A DNA stretch of 64,000 bases from Podarcis pityusensis (lineage: Eukaryota). The DNA is taken from the NCBI GenBank assembly GCA_964106645.2, contig OZ067042.1. One strand, given 5' to 3'. The position numbers and the translations under genes are program-made. Positions 11,901 to 25,400 of this stretch are shown here, in pieces (positions within the stretch are counted from its first letter, which is position 1; each line of letters starts with the position of its first letter). The notes below the pieces were generated by a model. It worked only from the letters and a program-made list of their open reading frames with translations. It was not told the origin of the DNA and did not search any database.

Positions 11901-14900
11901 AGAATAGTGAACAGAGAATCAACAACTAAGGAACTGTCTCCTACAATGGATTACATACCCTTTCTAAATAGTGAAGTAACAAGGACAAGCATAGAAAGCC
12001 TGTGAAAGGTAAACAGATCCAATTTTTAACTACTGCTGCAACTGTCTTCAAGAAAGATATTGTACGCTACACACGCTTAGTCAACAGACTGGTTTGCAGA
12101 GTTCCAAGTATGATACATTAGTTATGTTTTGCTAAGACTAAAGAACATTGAATATTCTATTGCAATCAGAGCAGAATTGCTGTAAAACTTCAAGTGAGAT
12201 CTATTATTGTTATTATATTTATATCCTGCCTTTTCCCCATACTGGAACTAAGAAGGGTCTGTTAAAATAAGGTCAGGAGAAATATATTCTGGTCAGATAG
12301 CAATCAATAGAATTAAAATTAGAACGTCTCACCAAATTGCTCTTTGCATTTCATTATGACTTCCTGTCATATTCCAGAGGAATAATTTCACAGTATGTTA
12401 GCCAAATAGCTCATATTTTTAAATCACTTCTCACCTCCCAATCCAACTAGGAAATATATATACAGTATACATTGTCTCTCCTAATTGGATGACAAATCAT
12501 AAGTTCTGATGGGCATTGGTGTGCTTCATTTCTTCAGTCTACTTGTTGAAGTTGCACATACACAGCCCTGGTCAGATAATTGGTGATTGTGCCAAGATAA
12601 GTTGGGTTTTGGGGAAGGTATGGTTTGTACTGAAATTGTTTATGTTGTATAAGCTTGCCTCTTGCTGAAACAACATTGTTTTGCTCCCATAAGTGTGAAA
12701 GTAACTGTGCCCTGATTATAGGTAAAACTTTGGTACTGGGCACCCTTAATGCTCTCCTTTGAAAGGGAAGTCTACCTTTACTTTTCATTAGGGTATTTGC
12801 TTTGAATGGATAAGATGTGAAATGCAGTGATTATTGTTCTATGCGAGATCTTCAAAAATAATAAGAATCTTTAAGTTTTCAAATGCAGAGGTTTCCTAAA
12901 GTTGTGCCTGTTCCTCTATGCCTTTATGTCTTGAATGGGAGGAAAAGAAATTATGTTCAGATAATGTGAATCTCCTGGCCCTTGTCTTCTCAAACAAAAG
13001 GGACTGAACCAAAGGTCTGCCAGAACAGATGGAGCTGGCATGAGTGGAATCTCCCAACAATTATGAATGCATGAGTATACTCCTGTCTCAGGTGGTCTGC
13101 AACAAATGAAGAATATAAGCACCACCTATCACTGCCAGAAAGAACCCTTTTCTTATGTTTGTTTTCCTCTTCCCTCACGATGCATTTCAATTAGATTGTG
13201 AGCCTGCAGACAGGGGTTGCTTAATCTTTTAGTCTTTGTTCATTGCTTAGAAAATGGTAGTCATGTTAGGAACATGCTACTTCACATTTCTAGAGCCACT
13301 GAGTTCCATGAGGCAGTGCTCATTGTCTTTGGGTTTTTTTGAACCAGTGTTATGAATCAATAGCTAACGTTGAGTTTGAATGTGTGAAAACAATTGCCCC
13401 TCTGCTCAGCTGCAAAGCTCACTAGGTGGTCTAGGGCAAGTCCCTATATCTTCCTCACCTGCCTCACAGAGTTGTGAGGGTAAATTTACTTTCTGTACTC
13501 CTCGAAGGAAAACTGGGATTTAAATTAAAAATACACAATGCCTTTCTCATTTCTTGCAATGTGTCTGTTTCCTTAACAGCATTTTTACTGGCATGCTTAC
13601 ATGGCAAAATTGTTTCCATAGCCATACTGTTTTCTCTGTAGAAATAATACTGATGGTTTTCCTTTTTTAGAAAATATTTCCATAATTGCACTACCAGTGT
13701 ATACCATCAACTCACCATCTAAGAGTTTGCCAAAAACATTTGCACCAATAAATGTGAATGTTGAGCCCCAAATGGTAAGTACTGTTTTTCTTTCACAGCA
13801 TTGCACTGTAGAAACTCATGCCAGATTTCCTTTCCAACTGACAGCGTACCAGTACTATTTATTATGAATAATGTTTGGTTTATTTTTTAAAAAAAAACTA
13901 TTTGTAAGCATTAGTTGCTAGTAAAAGTTTAGGATTCTGAATAGAGAACATCATAATTGGTGCTTAATGAAACATTGATTTCTAGGCATGCCATGTTGAA
14001 ACACTATTTTGAAAGCACTGGTATGACTGCTATTAATAAATGCAGTTCTGCTGATGTTCTGGAATGATACTGAGCTTGTTGTGCAGTCGCACTTAGTGGT
14101 TAAACTGAGAAACAGTTACACAATATTTCCTGCTACTCCCTTGCAATAGTTTCCTTGCTTAGTGTAAACAAATGTCCATTGTATGCTTGATTCTTGGCAA
14201 AAATCTGGCTTTTAACAAATAAAGTTAATTGGTTTAGTTCTACTTGTAGAAGCAAGAGCAAAAAAATAATACACATGACTTTTTTTATTCCACTGAACAC
14301 TTCTTTCTGTATAGCACAAAATATTGATCCATGTCTCCCCTGCAATTTCCAGTCTATTACCAGATTATTTTATCTTTTGGTAGTAGAACCAGCATGTCAC
14401 TAGCAGAATTTTTAGCACCTGTCTCTATAAAACTGCATTGCGTAGTGGAACATGGTAATATTTGAAGTTTGTTATGCAATAATATGTTAAATGCATTTTA
14501 TGCTGTCACTTCCACTCTGACTATTGTTGGGCAACTTAACTTTTCTGCAGTTTGATTGTCATACTCCTTAGTTCATAGTCCTTTGTCATCTAACCTAAAT
14601 CACGTTAATGACTAAATATGCTACTATGCTTAAGCATTTATTTTAAAGAAAAAATGTGGTGATCATGCATGCTGTCCATAATTCTTAAAGATCTGATCGG
14701 GCATCAAATCAAGATTTACTTTTGTTATCCAAGAATGTACAGCAACTCCCTCAATCAGTGAATCATCCTAGCAGATGGAATTGGCAATTTTTTAGACCAG
14801 ACATTCTTAGCAAATAAAGCCCATAAAAGTGCAAGTTGGTAGCTTTTACCATGTGGTGTGACATGGAGAAAAGATATAAGCTAATATGTACTATGGTTGG

Positions 14901-17900
14901 CTGTTCAGGTGTGTGCATCTTTGACTGAGGCTCAAAACAGTTTGATGGATTTGGTTAAGAACTTCACTTAATCCAGATCCTGTCTTTGTAGTGAACTGCA
15001 AGAGTTGTCCTGCTGCAACTGGCAGCTAATTTGGAGTTTATAGCTCCTGAATGTGCAGTACGGTGCAGAAAATAATTATATCCTGCTTTTTTAATACTTG
15101 TCACCTTAGCCCTGAGTTTACAGTGATATTTAGGTTACCAAAACAAATAAAGGCATTCCTGAATGGTAAATTGCAGGAGAAAAAGTTGAAATTATTTTTA
15201 ATTTATATACAGATCAATACCAAAATAGGCTTCTAAGTTGTTTACATGTATAAAAACCAATCACACAGCATTAAAATAAAAACATCCACAATTAAAATAC
15301 ATAATAAAAGAATCCCATTAAAACAGAAGGCTTGGGTCAAAATATCAAGGAAATGCCTCTGTAAGCAGGTGCAGTTTCAAAATATACAGGATGCCAATAC
15401 AGTCTTGGTGTTTAGCAAGGTGTGTGTTCTGTAACACTAACGCCACCATTGTAAAAGACCACCACCTCAAGCCAATAATCATTAGGCCATGTCAAAACTA
15501 AATAGGTTCAGTTTGTTAATTGTTGTTCCCTTACTGGGCAACGGAGGGGAAATAGGTCTTTCATGTTACATATTCAAAGTTTCTAGTTCTGCTGAAAGAT
15601 ACATCTTGTTTTCAGCATATAATTTTATACTAGTGACCTTGAATGCCAGTTTTAAAACCTAAAATGTTACGCGATAATAGGAAACTTTGAAGGTAGCTGC
15701 AGCTATCTTGTCTTTGAACAATACATATTCACCTAAAATTTAGTGGCATTAAACTATGAACTCTGGTACAGTATCAAAAGACTGCTCTTTCTGGAGAGGA
15801 GGGAGAAGGTCTCATCCCTTCAGATATGCTGGACTTCTGAAGCACCTTGCATTAGTCAGCTTCATTGGAAGACCCTGTGTTCTAGTCTTATGTGATAAGG
15901 AGAAAAACTTACCCATCCACTTTCTGCACACCATGCATAATCTTACACATCTCCAATATGTCACCCCTCACTTACCATTTTTTTAACTAAAAAGGCCCAG
16001 ACATTATAGCAGTTCTTGATAGGGGTCTAGCTTCAGCCCTTGGTCATCTTAGTTGCCCATTTCTAGTTCTACACGGTTGAGGCATGTCACCCAGAACTGT
16101 ACACAGTATTTCAAGTGGTATGACAGCATAGATTAATATGAAAGCATATGACATTGATAGACTTATTTTCAGTCATTTTCCTAGTGATCTCTAACATTGA
16201 ATTTGCCTTTTCACAGATGCCACACACTGGGCTGCCACATTAACTGATCTATCTACCACTAACACAACATGAGATATTCAGTGCCATGTAAGGGATAGCC
16301 CCCACACCACTGCTGGATTTCCATCTTCACAACTGTTTTTTGTTTGCTTGGGAAACTGAAAGCCAAGACTACATTTTTTGTTGATGAGATACTCCCCCCC
16401 GCCACTAGCTAGGTCTGCCCTATCTGATGCATCAATGTAGGACTGTAGGTTAGTTTCTATCTACTTTCCTAACTTGGAATTAGTCTAAGACTCAGACTTC
16501 CATCCTCTGCTTCTGTTACCCTCTCCCCATTTTGTAAGCATAAAAACTCAAGATGCCCTTGTTGGACTGTTTTGGTATATATTTTGCATCTGGGGAATCC
16601 TATTAGTATGAAAAAGCTGCTGCTTTATTGATGACTGTTCTGTTCAAGGAAACTGGTGCAGGGAGAGGGAAGAGACCTGCAACATAATGTGTACATCTTT
16701 GTGACTTCTCTGCCTCTTTCTTATCTCAGTCATTCACCAATAGTTGTGGAGTCGTCGTCCTCTTCTCCATAGTGCAGTCATTTTTGAGGCCTGCAGCAAA
16801 ATGTGTTGTAAGGGGTGTTTCTACCCTCTTTGGGCACCAATAGTATATTTCATTGAGTTACAGAGGACTTGTATACTTCTCATGTGCCAGTTTCTCTCTT
16901 ATTTTCATTTAAAATTATCATAGCCCAGCATGGGAGAAAGAGAGCTTGTAAGTGGCATGCTCCCAATCTTCTGAGCGCAGTTAAAAGCTTGGAGGGGTTA
17001 CATCTGCGCTGGTTTTATAGTAAGCTGGCATTGCCTGGCTCAAAATGTTCAAAATGGTTTTGTCTACTTTTGTTCTGGTTTTTGGGTGAGCCCTTTCAAG
17101 CAATGAACCCTATTGTCTGCATTTTTAAATTTTTTACAGTAGATGGCAGTAGAGTAGAGTTAAAAGATACCGCAACTAGAAACTAACCACTATTCTTGTA
17201 TTCAAATAAAATACAAAATGTAGCATTCTTAGTCTATAGTCTATTGCTTCACACAGACTGTAGTGATGGTATAGTTAGTACTGTAATACCAAATATTTAA
17301 TATTTCAATCAATAATATTTAGTCTTGAAATGGGAAAGCTTTGTGTGCTGTTTGCAGGCATGAACACTAGAATTTTTTGTTAAAATATTATTAGCACTTC
17401 TGAGCCATGTTTTAAAGGGGCATGATTTGTGACAACAGCTGTATAGTATACCAATGCAAGGGTGTGTTAATATGTTCATTTCTGAACTATTCATAGATGT
17501 GTGTCTGCAAGACCAGGGTGTGTACATTTGCAACTCTGCACGGTATTGTAGAGCTGCAGAAGTGGCTTCATAGTTGAAGCATGTTGTGTTTCAGCTTGAA
17601 AAGTTTAGCCATCTTAAAATCAAAAGGACGTACTCCCTATTAGAATGACATTTGGCATGGGGGATCTGCCAAACTAACAAAACTTAAGTGTAATCTGATG
17701 AAGGCTTGAGTTTTGCTGCTTAAAAATTTTGCTTTGAGTTTTGATTACAACATTAGACCAGAATATATTTACTACTTTCATGGCATGTAAGTTAAGATGG
17801 GCACCATATAAGTTTCATACTGTTTTGTGCATTAGTGAATTTGTTAAGCCTTAACTGTCTCAAACTGAAGCGCTTTTAGATCCTAGAATTCCAGTTTGTA

Positions 17901-20900
17901 CAGGCCTATGTCAAGGTTAATAACTAAGTGGATGATACTCAGATGAGACCTAATGGCATATCGCTGAACATTGTTTATTTTTCATCTTTCAAGATTGCTG
18001 CTGAACTCTGGCCCCACAAAAACTTTTATGCAGCCAGGCCCATAAATATGCTTCATTTGGTTACTTGTAGTTTAGCATAAGTTTATATGCATGCCTAATT
18101 CTGTTACATTTGTGGTTTTATATTCTTTGTTTTTCTCAGTTGAAAATATGTTGCCATACAGAATGATCTAATCTCCTTATCTTAAACCATCAGTATACAT
18201 ATTTCCCCCCCATAAATGCTGTGAACGCCACTCATGTGAAAGAACTCTACATTCTGAAATTTGGCTTGTTTAGACAATACTTTGCCTCTGGGAGGCAACC
18301 ATTGTTTGAACAGGCTCACAAAGAAAAATCAGGTTATTACACAATTTTGTGTTTTCATCGTTAAGGAAAATTGCAAGGAAGTGAATTGTTATCTTCCTGT
18401 CTTACCTAACCCTGCTTAGCTATTTCAGGCCAGGTGTGGAGGACCTGAACTCTGTACAGATTTTGAATTGAACATGTGTTGGGGTTAGGGCCTGATGGTA
18501 GGATTCTGCTCCACCACCTCCACATTCGATCTTGCTAAATTATTCCTTCTACTCAAGTAAAGCACTCTTCTACTAACATTTTTTTTAAATATATTTTTAA
18601 TTCACTGTAAAGTGAATAAGAACTGCATTCTTAATATTTTTAATATTCTTAATATTTTCTTGGCAACATTTATTTTAACATTTACTCTTGGGAAGTAGAA
18701 AGATATTGTTACAACCCATATTATGGTTAAGAAGAATTCAGTTTCCTAAGTCAATAGGACAGAGCATCTTCTACTATCATGGATTTGTGTGTGTTTTGAT
18801 TGGCAGTTCAACAAAGAGAAGGTGGCCGCTCAATAGGACAGCATCTGGCTGACATCATGCTGACCTTGTTGCAAAAGTTTCTTAAGGGTGTAGCCAACAC
18901 TGAAAACTCATGCTGTGTTTATAGACCATTTGATATGGAATAGAGAGATGCATGGAAAATGTAGACTTCCTGTTTAAACTATGAAATAAGTCAGCAGTGC
19001 AGTGCAGCAGCTAACGGGACTAATGCAATTCTAGGTTGCATCAACAGACATATAGCATCCAGGTCATTGGAAGTAATGGTACCACTCTGTATTCTTGAAA
19101 TGTCAGTTTAAGAAGGATAATGACAAACTAGAACATGTCCAGAGGAGAGTGACAAGAGTGAAAGAGCTGGAGACCATGTCCTGTGAGGAAACACTGAAAG
19201 GCGATACAATGACCATATTTGAATGACTCACACATGCATGATATTGTAATTTGTTTTACAGAGGGCAGTACCCAAATCAATTGTATCAAAAGGATTTAGG
19301 CTAAAAATTAGGAGTATCCTCTTGCTGGTATGTTCTGTTTGACAGTGGAATAGATTGCCTTGGAGAGGCTTTATTCCTCAACATGATTTTTTAGATCTCT
19401 TCCAACTCTGATTCTAAATATTAAGAGTTTATCCCAGCATCATTAATCTCTTAGCACAGTCCCAAGTCTGAAAATTGTACACTTCCACACTTTCATTGTG
19501 TATTTTTGAGGATATATACTGATACAGTGGTACCTCAGGTTAAGAACTTAATTCGTTCTGGAGGTCCGTTCTTAACATGAAACTGTTCTTAACCTGAGGT
19601 ACCACTTTAGCTAATGGGGCCTTCCACTGCCGCCGTGGCACCGGAGCACGACTTCTGTTCTCATCCTGAAGCAAAGTTCTTAACCTGAGGTACTATTTCT
19701 GGGTTAGCGGAGTCTGTAACCTGAAGCGCCTGTAACCTTAGGTACCACTGTATTCTGGTTTAAGCTCCATATAAGATGTATTTTACTGTTTCTCTGTTCA
19801 GGTTTGCTTTGCAGAGTTTAATTTGTTCTTTCTCTAATTTCCATAGATTATAAGCACACCACAAAGACTGACCAATTCAGGAAGTGTTCTCATTGGGTGT
19901 CCCTACACCACAGCATCAGCCATGGTCACACAGATGCATATAACTGAAGCCACTGGCTGGGTTCCAGGGTAAATAATCCGTTCTTGCATGTTCATTCTGA
20001 GTTCCATGTTTTCTTCATAAGTTAGGAATTCTACTTAATGCACCTTTTGACTTTTGTATGCAAACATGTAGCCGCTTGACTTTGGTCAAGCTTCATTAAG
20101 TTACATAATTTATATATGGGATGATAGAAATAATGGAGACTGTTTGCGCAATTAAAACAAGTCCTTACTCCTTCCTTAAATTTCTGTTGTATGTATAGCA
20201 TCACACTTGCATATTAGAGAAGTATGCCAATCTGGAAGTAGGGCTAAGAAAAGGTTATTCTTTTAAAATCTAGTTTGCCAGTGTAAGTTTCCATTGGTAA
20301 GCAACAAAATGGGCTGCTGTTGCATAGAGCTTTGCTCTTCATCAAGAAGTTAAGAGGTATTTTGGGCCTTACTATGCAGCTATTCTGAACGGTTTTGAAG
20401 CTGTGCTATTTAAAACATTTTAAATATTCATTGTTCATTAGAATGGCAAAGATTTTGATTTCATGCTGATAATATATATAAAGAAATTGGAAGGGGTGAA
20501 CACTTTGAATTTAGCAGCTGGGCTTGGTTTATTGTGAATTTTGCTGAGTTGCTTGATCTATTTTCACTCTTTTTAGAAGCTTGTAAGATCTATATGGTGC
20601 TAGAGATAGTCTTAATTTTTGGTAACTAGAGATATGGTTGCTGTAACATCATCTGCTTTTGTTTGCCTAAGTTATCCAAGATCTCTTTAACTTGCAGGTA
20701 TGGAATACAGGAATATTTTTTATTTTTTTTAAAAAAAACCCTCTATCCTTTAGGGCACTCATTATCTTTCACCTTCACTTCTCACAGCTAGCTAAGAAGC
20801 AGAGTAAACAACTTCAGAAAGCTATCCACTACAACCCAAAGGTCTCACTCCTGGTCAGTCACTGCCACTTCAGACCCTATGAGCATATATGTGAAATTGA

Positions 20901-22405
20901 TATTCTTTTTGCCCCTACATGCATCACTTTTCACTTGCATACATTGAATTGCATTTGGCATTTTATTGCCCATTCAACTCAGTTTCAAGAGATCCTTCAC
21001 AGCTCCTTTTTGTTATTGCCACCCGGAACAATTTCATATCATGAGCAAACTTGACTGCCTCACTGCGTACCCCTAACTAAATGATTTATGAACAAGTTAA
21101 AAAGGACAGGTCCCAATATTGATCCTTGAGGGACCCCACGTTCTACATCTCTTCATTGTGAGAACTGTCCATTTATTCCTACTTTGTTTCCTGTTTCTTA
21201 ACCAGAGGACTTCTCTTATTCCATGACTGGTGTGATCTTGCATCAAAAGCTTTTTAAAAGTCAAAATACATGTCAGCTGGATCACCTCTATCATATGCCT
21301 GTTCACACTCTTAAAAAAAATTACAGGTTAGAGAGACAGGACTTACCCTTATAGAAGCCCCACTGGTTCCACTATGCTTGGTAATTTTGTCTTTGACAAT
21401 GCTTTTCTCTGGCTTTTTGGTAGTGGATCAGTGATTTCACATTTGAGTTCTTTAAGAACTTTTGGGTGGCAGCCATCCAGATCTGGCAACCTGTCATTTT
21501 TAATTTTTTTGTCAATAATACCTCAAACTTAGTCTTTTATCTCCACTATTTGCCGCAGTTCCTCACACTGTGAAAGTTAATTTCAGCACAGGGATCTGCC
21601 CTATATCTTCCACGGTGAAGATAGATGCATATAATTCATTTATCCTCTCCACAATCTCCTTATCCTACTTCAATACACCTTTAACTCTATTGTCATCCAA
21701 AGGTCCAACTGCCTTCCTAGCTGGTCTCTTGATACTAATGTATTTAAATATTTCTTGGTTCGTGGTTTTCATGTTTTTAGCAATGTGCTCCTTAATTATC
21801 TTTCGGCATCCCTTATTGTCTGTTTGTATTTATTTTGCCAAAAATTGTGTTCCTGTTCATGTCCACATTTCAACAAGACTTCCATTTTCTAAAGGAAGTT
21901 TTCTTGTCTCTAATGGCTTCTTTTATGTTGCTCATTAATGGCACAGGCACCCTATTAGCCTTGGTCATATCTTTTCTTGATCTGTGGTATCTAATTTTGT
22001 GGTTTTAAATAACTCATAAGGATTTTGGAGAAATCCAACCCTCTTGACTTTCCTTTTCAACTAAATAATCATGATAACAACAAATTTTCTATACCACCTT
22101 TCATCCGAGGATCACAATATATATTTTTCTTTTTCTTTTTCTTTTTACCAATCCCCTCATTATCAAATGTGGCCATGTTGGATTTTCTTAGCCATTGTCC
22201 ATTTACATATATATATTGAATAGGATAGCTTCAACAATATTTACATCTATACTATCTTCACCCACAATGATTTGGTAGAGAAGCCTTCCTCTTTTGTGAT
22301 TTCTAGCTTATCAGATTGTATGTCCTCTTCCACAGACAAACACCACTTCCCCCAGTGTGACCTTTCCTTCCTCCTTATAGTGATTGTATCCAAATGTTTC
22401 TGCGA

Positions 22406-22451
<46 letters not shown>

Positions 22452-25400
22452 TATTTTTACCCCATCCATCTCTGGGCGGCTCCCAACAGAATATTAAAAA
22501 CACGATAAAACATCAAACAGTAAAATAGTAATGATGAGAAGGCCCATTTCTTTGTGCCACACAGTTGAGTTCTCTCGCTTATGGCACAGCTAGTGGGGCC
22601 TCTTCTAAACGTCTTAGTAATCAGATAGGTCTATATATAAGAGGAAAGGTTCTCTCAGGTAAATGGTTCCCAAGTTGCTTAAGGCTCCATACGTTAATGA
22701 CAGGTGCTTTAACCTGGCTTGGTAGCAAACTAGAGGCGGTGCAACCCCATCCAGAACAGGCAAACTACCTAACACCCATTTACCCACAGCGCCTTCCAGT
22801 CAAAGATGTGGGATGGTTTCTGATAGTTGGAGCCAGTCTCCTGCTGCTGCTGCTCTACATATGAACTTCTTCTTTTGGGCTGGTTGTGGAGGATAAGCAA
22901 GCAGAGTGCATGTGTCTGCTTGTTTGAATAACTCCCTTGCTGTAGGGGCAGGACAAGGAAAGCATGTTGGGAGGAGAAGCACTGCCAAGACCCACCTTAG
23001 CTATATAGGCCCTGCAAAGATGAAAACAGGAAAAGCAGCAGGAGAAACAGCTGCTAATCTGGTGCAGTCTGCCCAGGTCTTGAGCAGGCAACCAGCAGAG
23101 GAAAATGGTGTCATCTTCACCACTCAGGCTTTTCCTGGTTCTCGGTTTTGTTTGAGGATCAACCACTTTCACAGTTCATTGTATGGACTGAGGACCTGGT
23201 TGTTTCATCTCATTTTTTAAGAAATTGAGGAACTAATACATATAATCGGAATGCAACAAACACAATAAGAAACACAAACTTTTATACAAGCATATAACAA
23301 TGTGAATGAAACCACATATCCTCTTAAAAATCTGCTTTAAGAGAGAACTAGGGCAGAGTATGTTATGACCAGTTTGAGAACTGATGTGGCCAGTTTGTTC
23401 CTGTCCAGGTCCCTACAAGAGTTCTGCAAAAGTCAGAAAAGGGCAAGAGCTGTTCTAGAGCTACTCCCAGCACCAGCACCACAAAAGGCAGCAGAAATAA
23501 TTCTCCAGCTGTTTTATCATCCAGTTCTTCTACCAGGGTTCCTTTCTTAAGAACTCTTGGGACTATCAAAATTTCTCTTCCATTGGCCTTCTTCCCTACG
23601 GAGAAGTTATTGCCCATTTTTCCTAATAAGATGCTAATTTAGTATGTCCAGGAAGGCCTGCTGATCAGCCCCCATTCCCCAGCAAGGTTTCAGGTTCCTC
23701 AGCTAGAGCTCAGGAAGATGATCAGGGAATGAAGTTGAACAGAAACAACATTTCTCATCCCAGCAAAACTCTTACAACTGAATGTCACCCATTGGTTTTA
23801 TTTCTATAAATTCATCTAAATAAAATTAACTGTTTAACCAAGGGATCACTTAGTGGTGTACACTGAATAATTTGAAATAATCAGTGTACAAATAAATTCC
23901 AATTTATTTAAGTTTAGTCAAGTTGCATTCCCCTAGGGGCAATTACAACTATTACAAATTATGCTCAATATATTTGACTAGCTTTAAAAATGAATAAAGC
24001 AAGTACTTAAAATATTTAGAATAGGTATAACTTGTGCTATGAAACATTAGTACAGCCTAAAATCCATATTTTGATATGTGCTGTTTTTTAATGTTTACAG
24101 GGATAGAAAACGAACTCAAGACTTTATGGAATCAGATTTTTCGGAAAGGTTTGTATCATTGCTGCATCCTGAATATGCTGACCTTTGAACTTGTTAGCAA
24201 GATTTCATTTCCATCTCCCTGAAATAGTTCAGTTTACTATAATAGACCAAATAATATTGTCCTTTGTTGTACTTGCACACCTATTCTAACAGATTGTCTG
24301 GCTCGAACTAATAACTATCCAGTTGTTTATATAACTTGCAAAATATTTGGAAATGCAGTTTTGTAGAGGTGATAAGATCTATCATTGACTTTTGGTGAGA
24401 AAAATCTAGTTAAATCGCCATGTGTTTTTCTGTAGGCACAATTCCGGTAAACGTACTTCAGTGCTTTATCAGTCACTTCAGGGCTACACTTGTAAGACTT
24501 TATAGCAATTGAATTTTACTACTTGTATATAGGAAGTGAAAGTGAAGTTAGTGACGGTAAAAAAAATATGTTAGAGTCATAGTAGACCATATGCTTTTCA
24601 TGTCAAAAGGTCCCAGGTTCAGTTCCCACCATCTCTACTAGCAAGTCTACTAAGCCTCTGCCTTAGCCTATGTGACTATATGGAAACTTCAGGTGCAGGG
24701 GCAGTATTGCACTGAATACTGGCTGCTGGGGGGCTGTACAGTAGTGATAGGCTACTGACCTCATGCTCTGCCTGTTGCCTTCACAGTCTAACTAGTTACT
24801 AACAGGAGCAAAGTTCTGAACTATATGTACTTTTGATCTGACCCCACAAGGTTTTCTTTGCCGCCGCAAGTAAAAAATGGCAAATACACCATTTGATTCT
24901 ATTATATGTGAGTTGTAAGCAAGTATACCATTGTAGAATTTCCAAAAAACATAGAATCATATCCCCAGAAGAAAAACATGAGCTTGAAATGGATTGGAGC
25001 AAATTATTTGATTTGCTGCTGGTTTTTTGGTTTGAAAATGATTACATTTCAGAGTAGGTTCTTCTGCACTTCCAAAATTCTAGTAAACTAGCTAGATGGT
25101 TTAATGTACTGTATAATCTTTGCAAAGAACACATTCATAACGTAAACACAAAGCAGTATCTTGCAAGAAAGAGAATGAAATTAAAATTGCATGGCTGATT
25201 CTAGCATTATAAATTATTTATCATATTCTCCCAAATAAACATTTTTTCCAGATACTGCACCTTCCAGCAAACAGATAGTGCTTAGCATGAAAAATCTGTG
25301 ATTGGTCTTTGTTGTCAAACTTAAGATTTGAATTTTTCTTCATCACAGTAAAAGAAGCAGAAAAGGAGATAAAAATGGAAAGGGTTTGAGACATTTTTCA

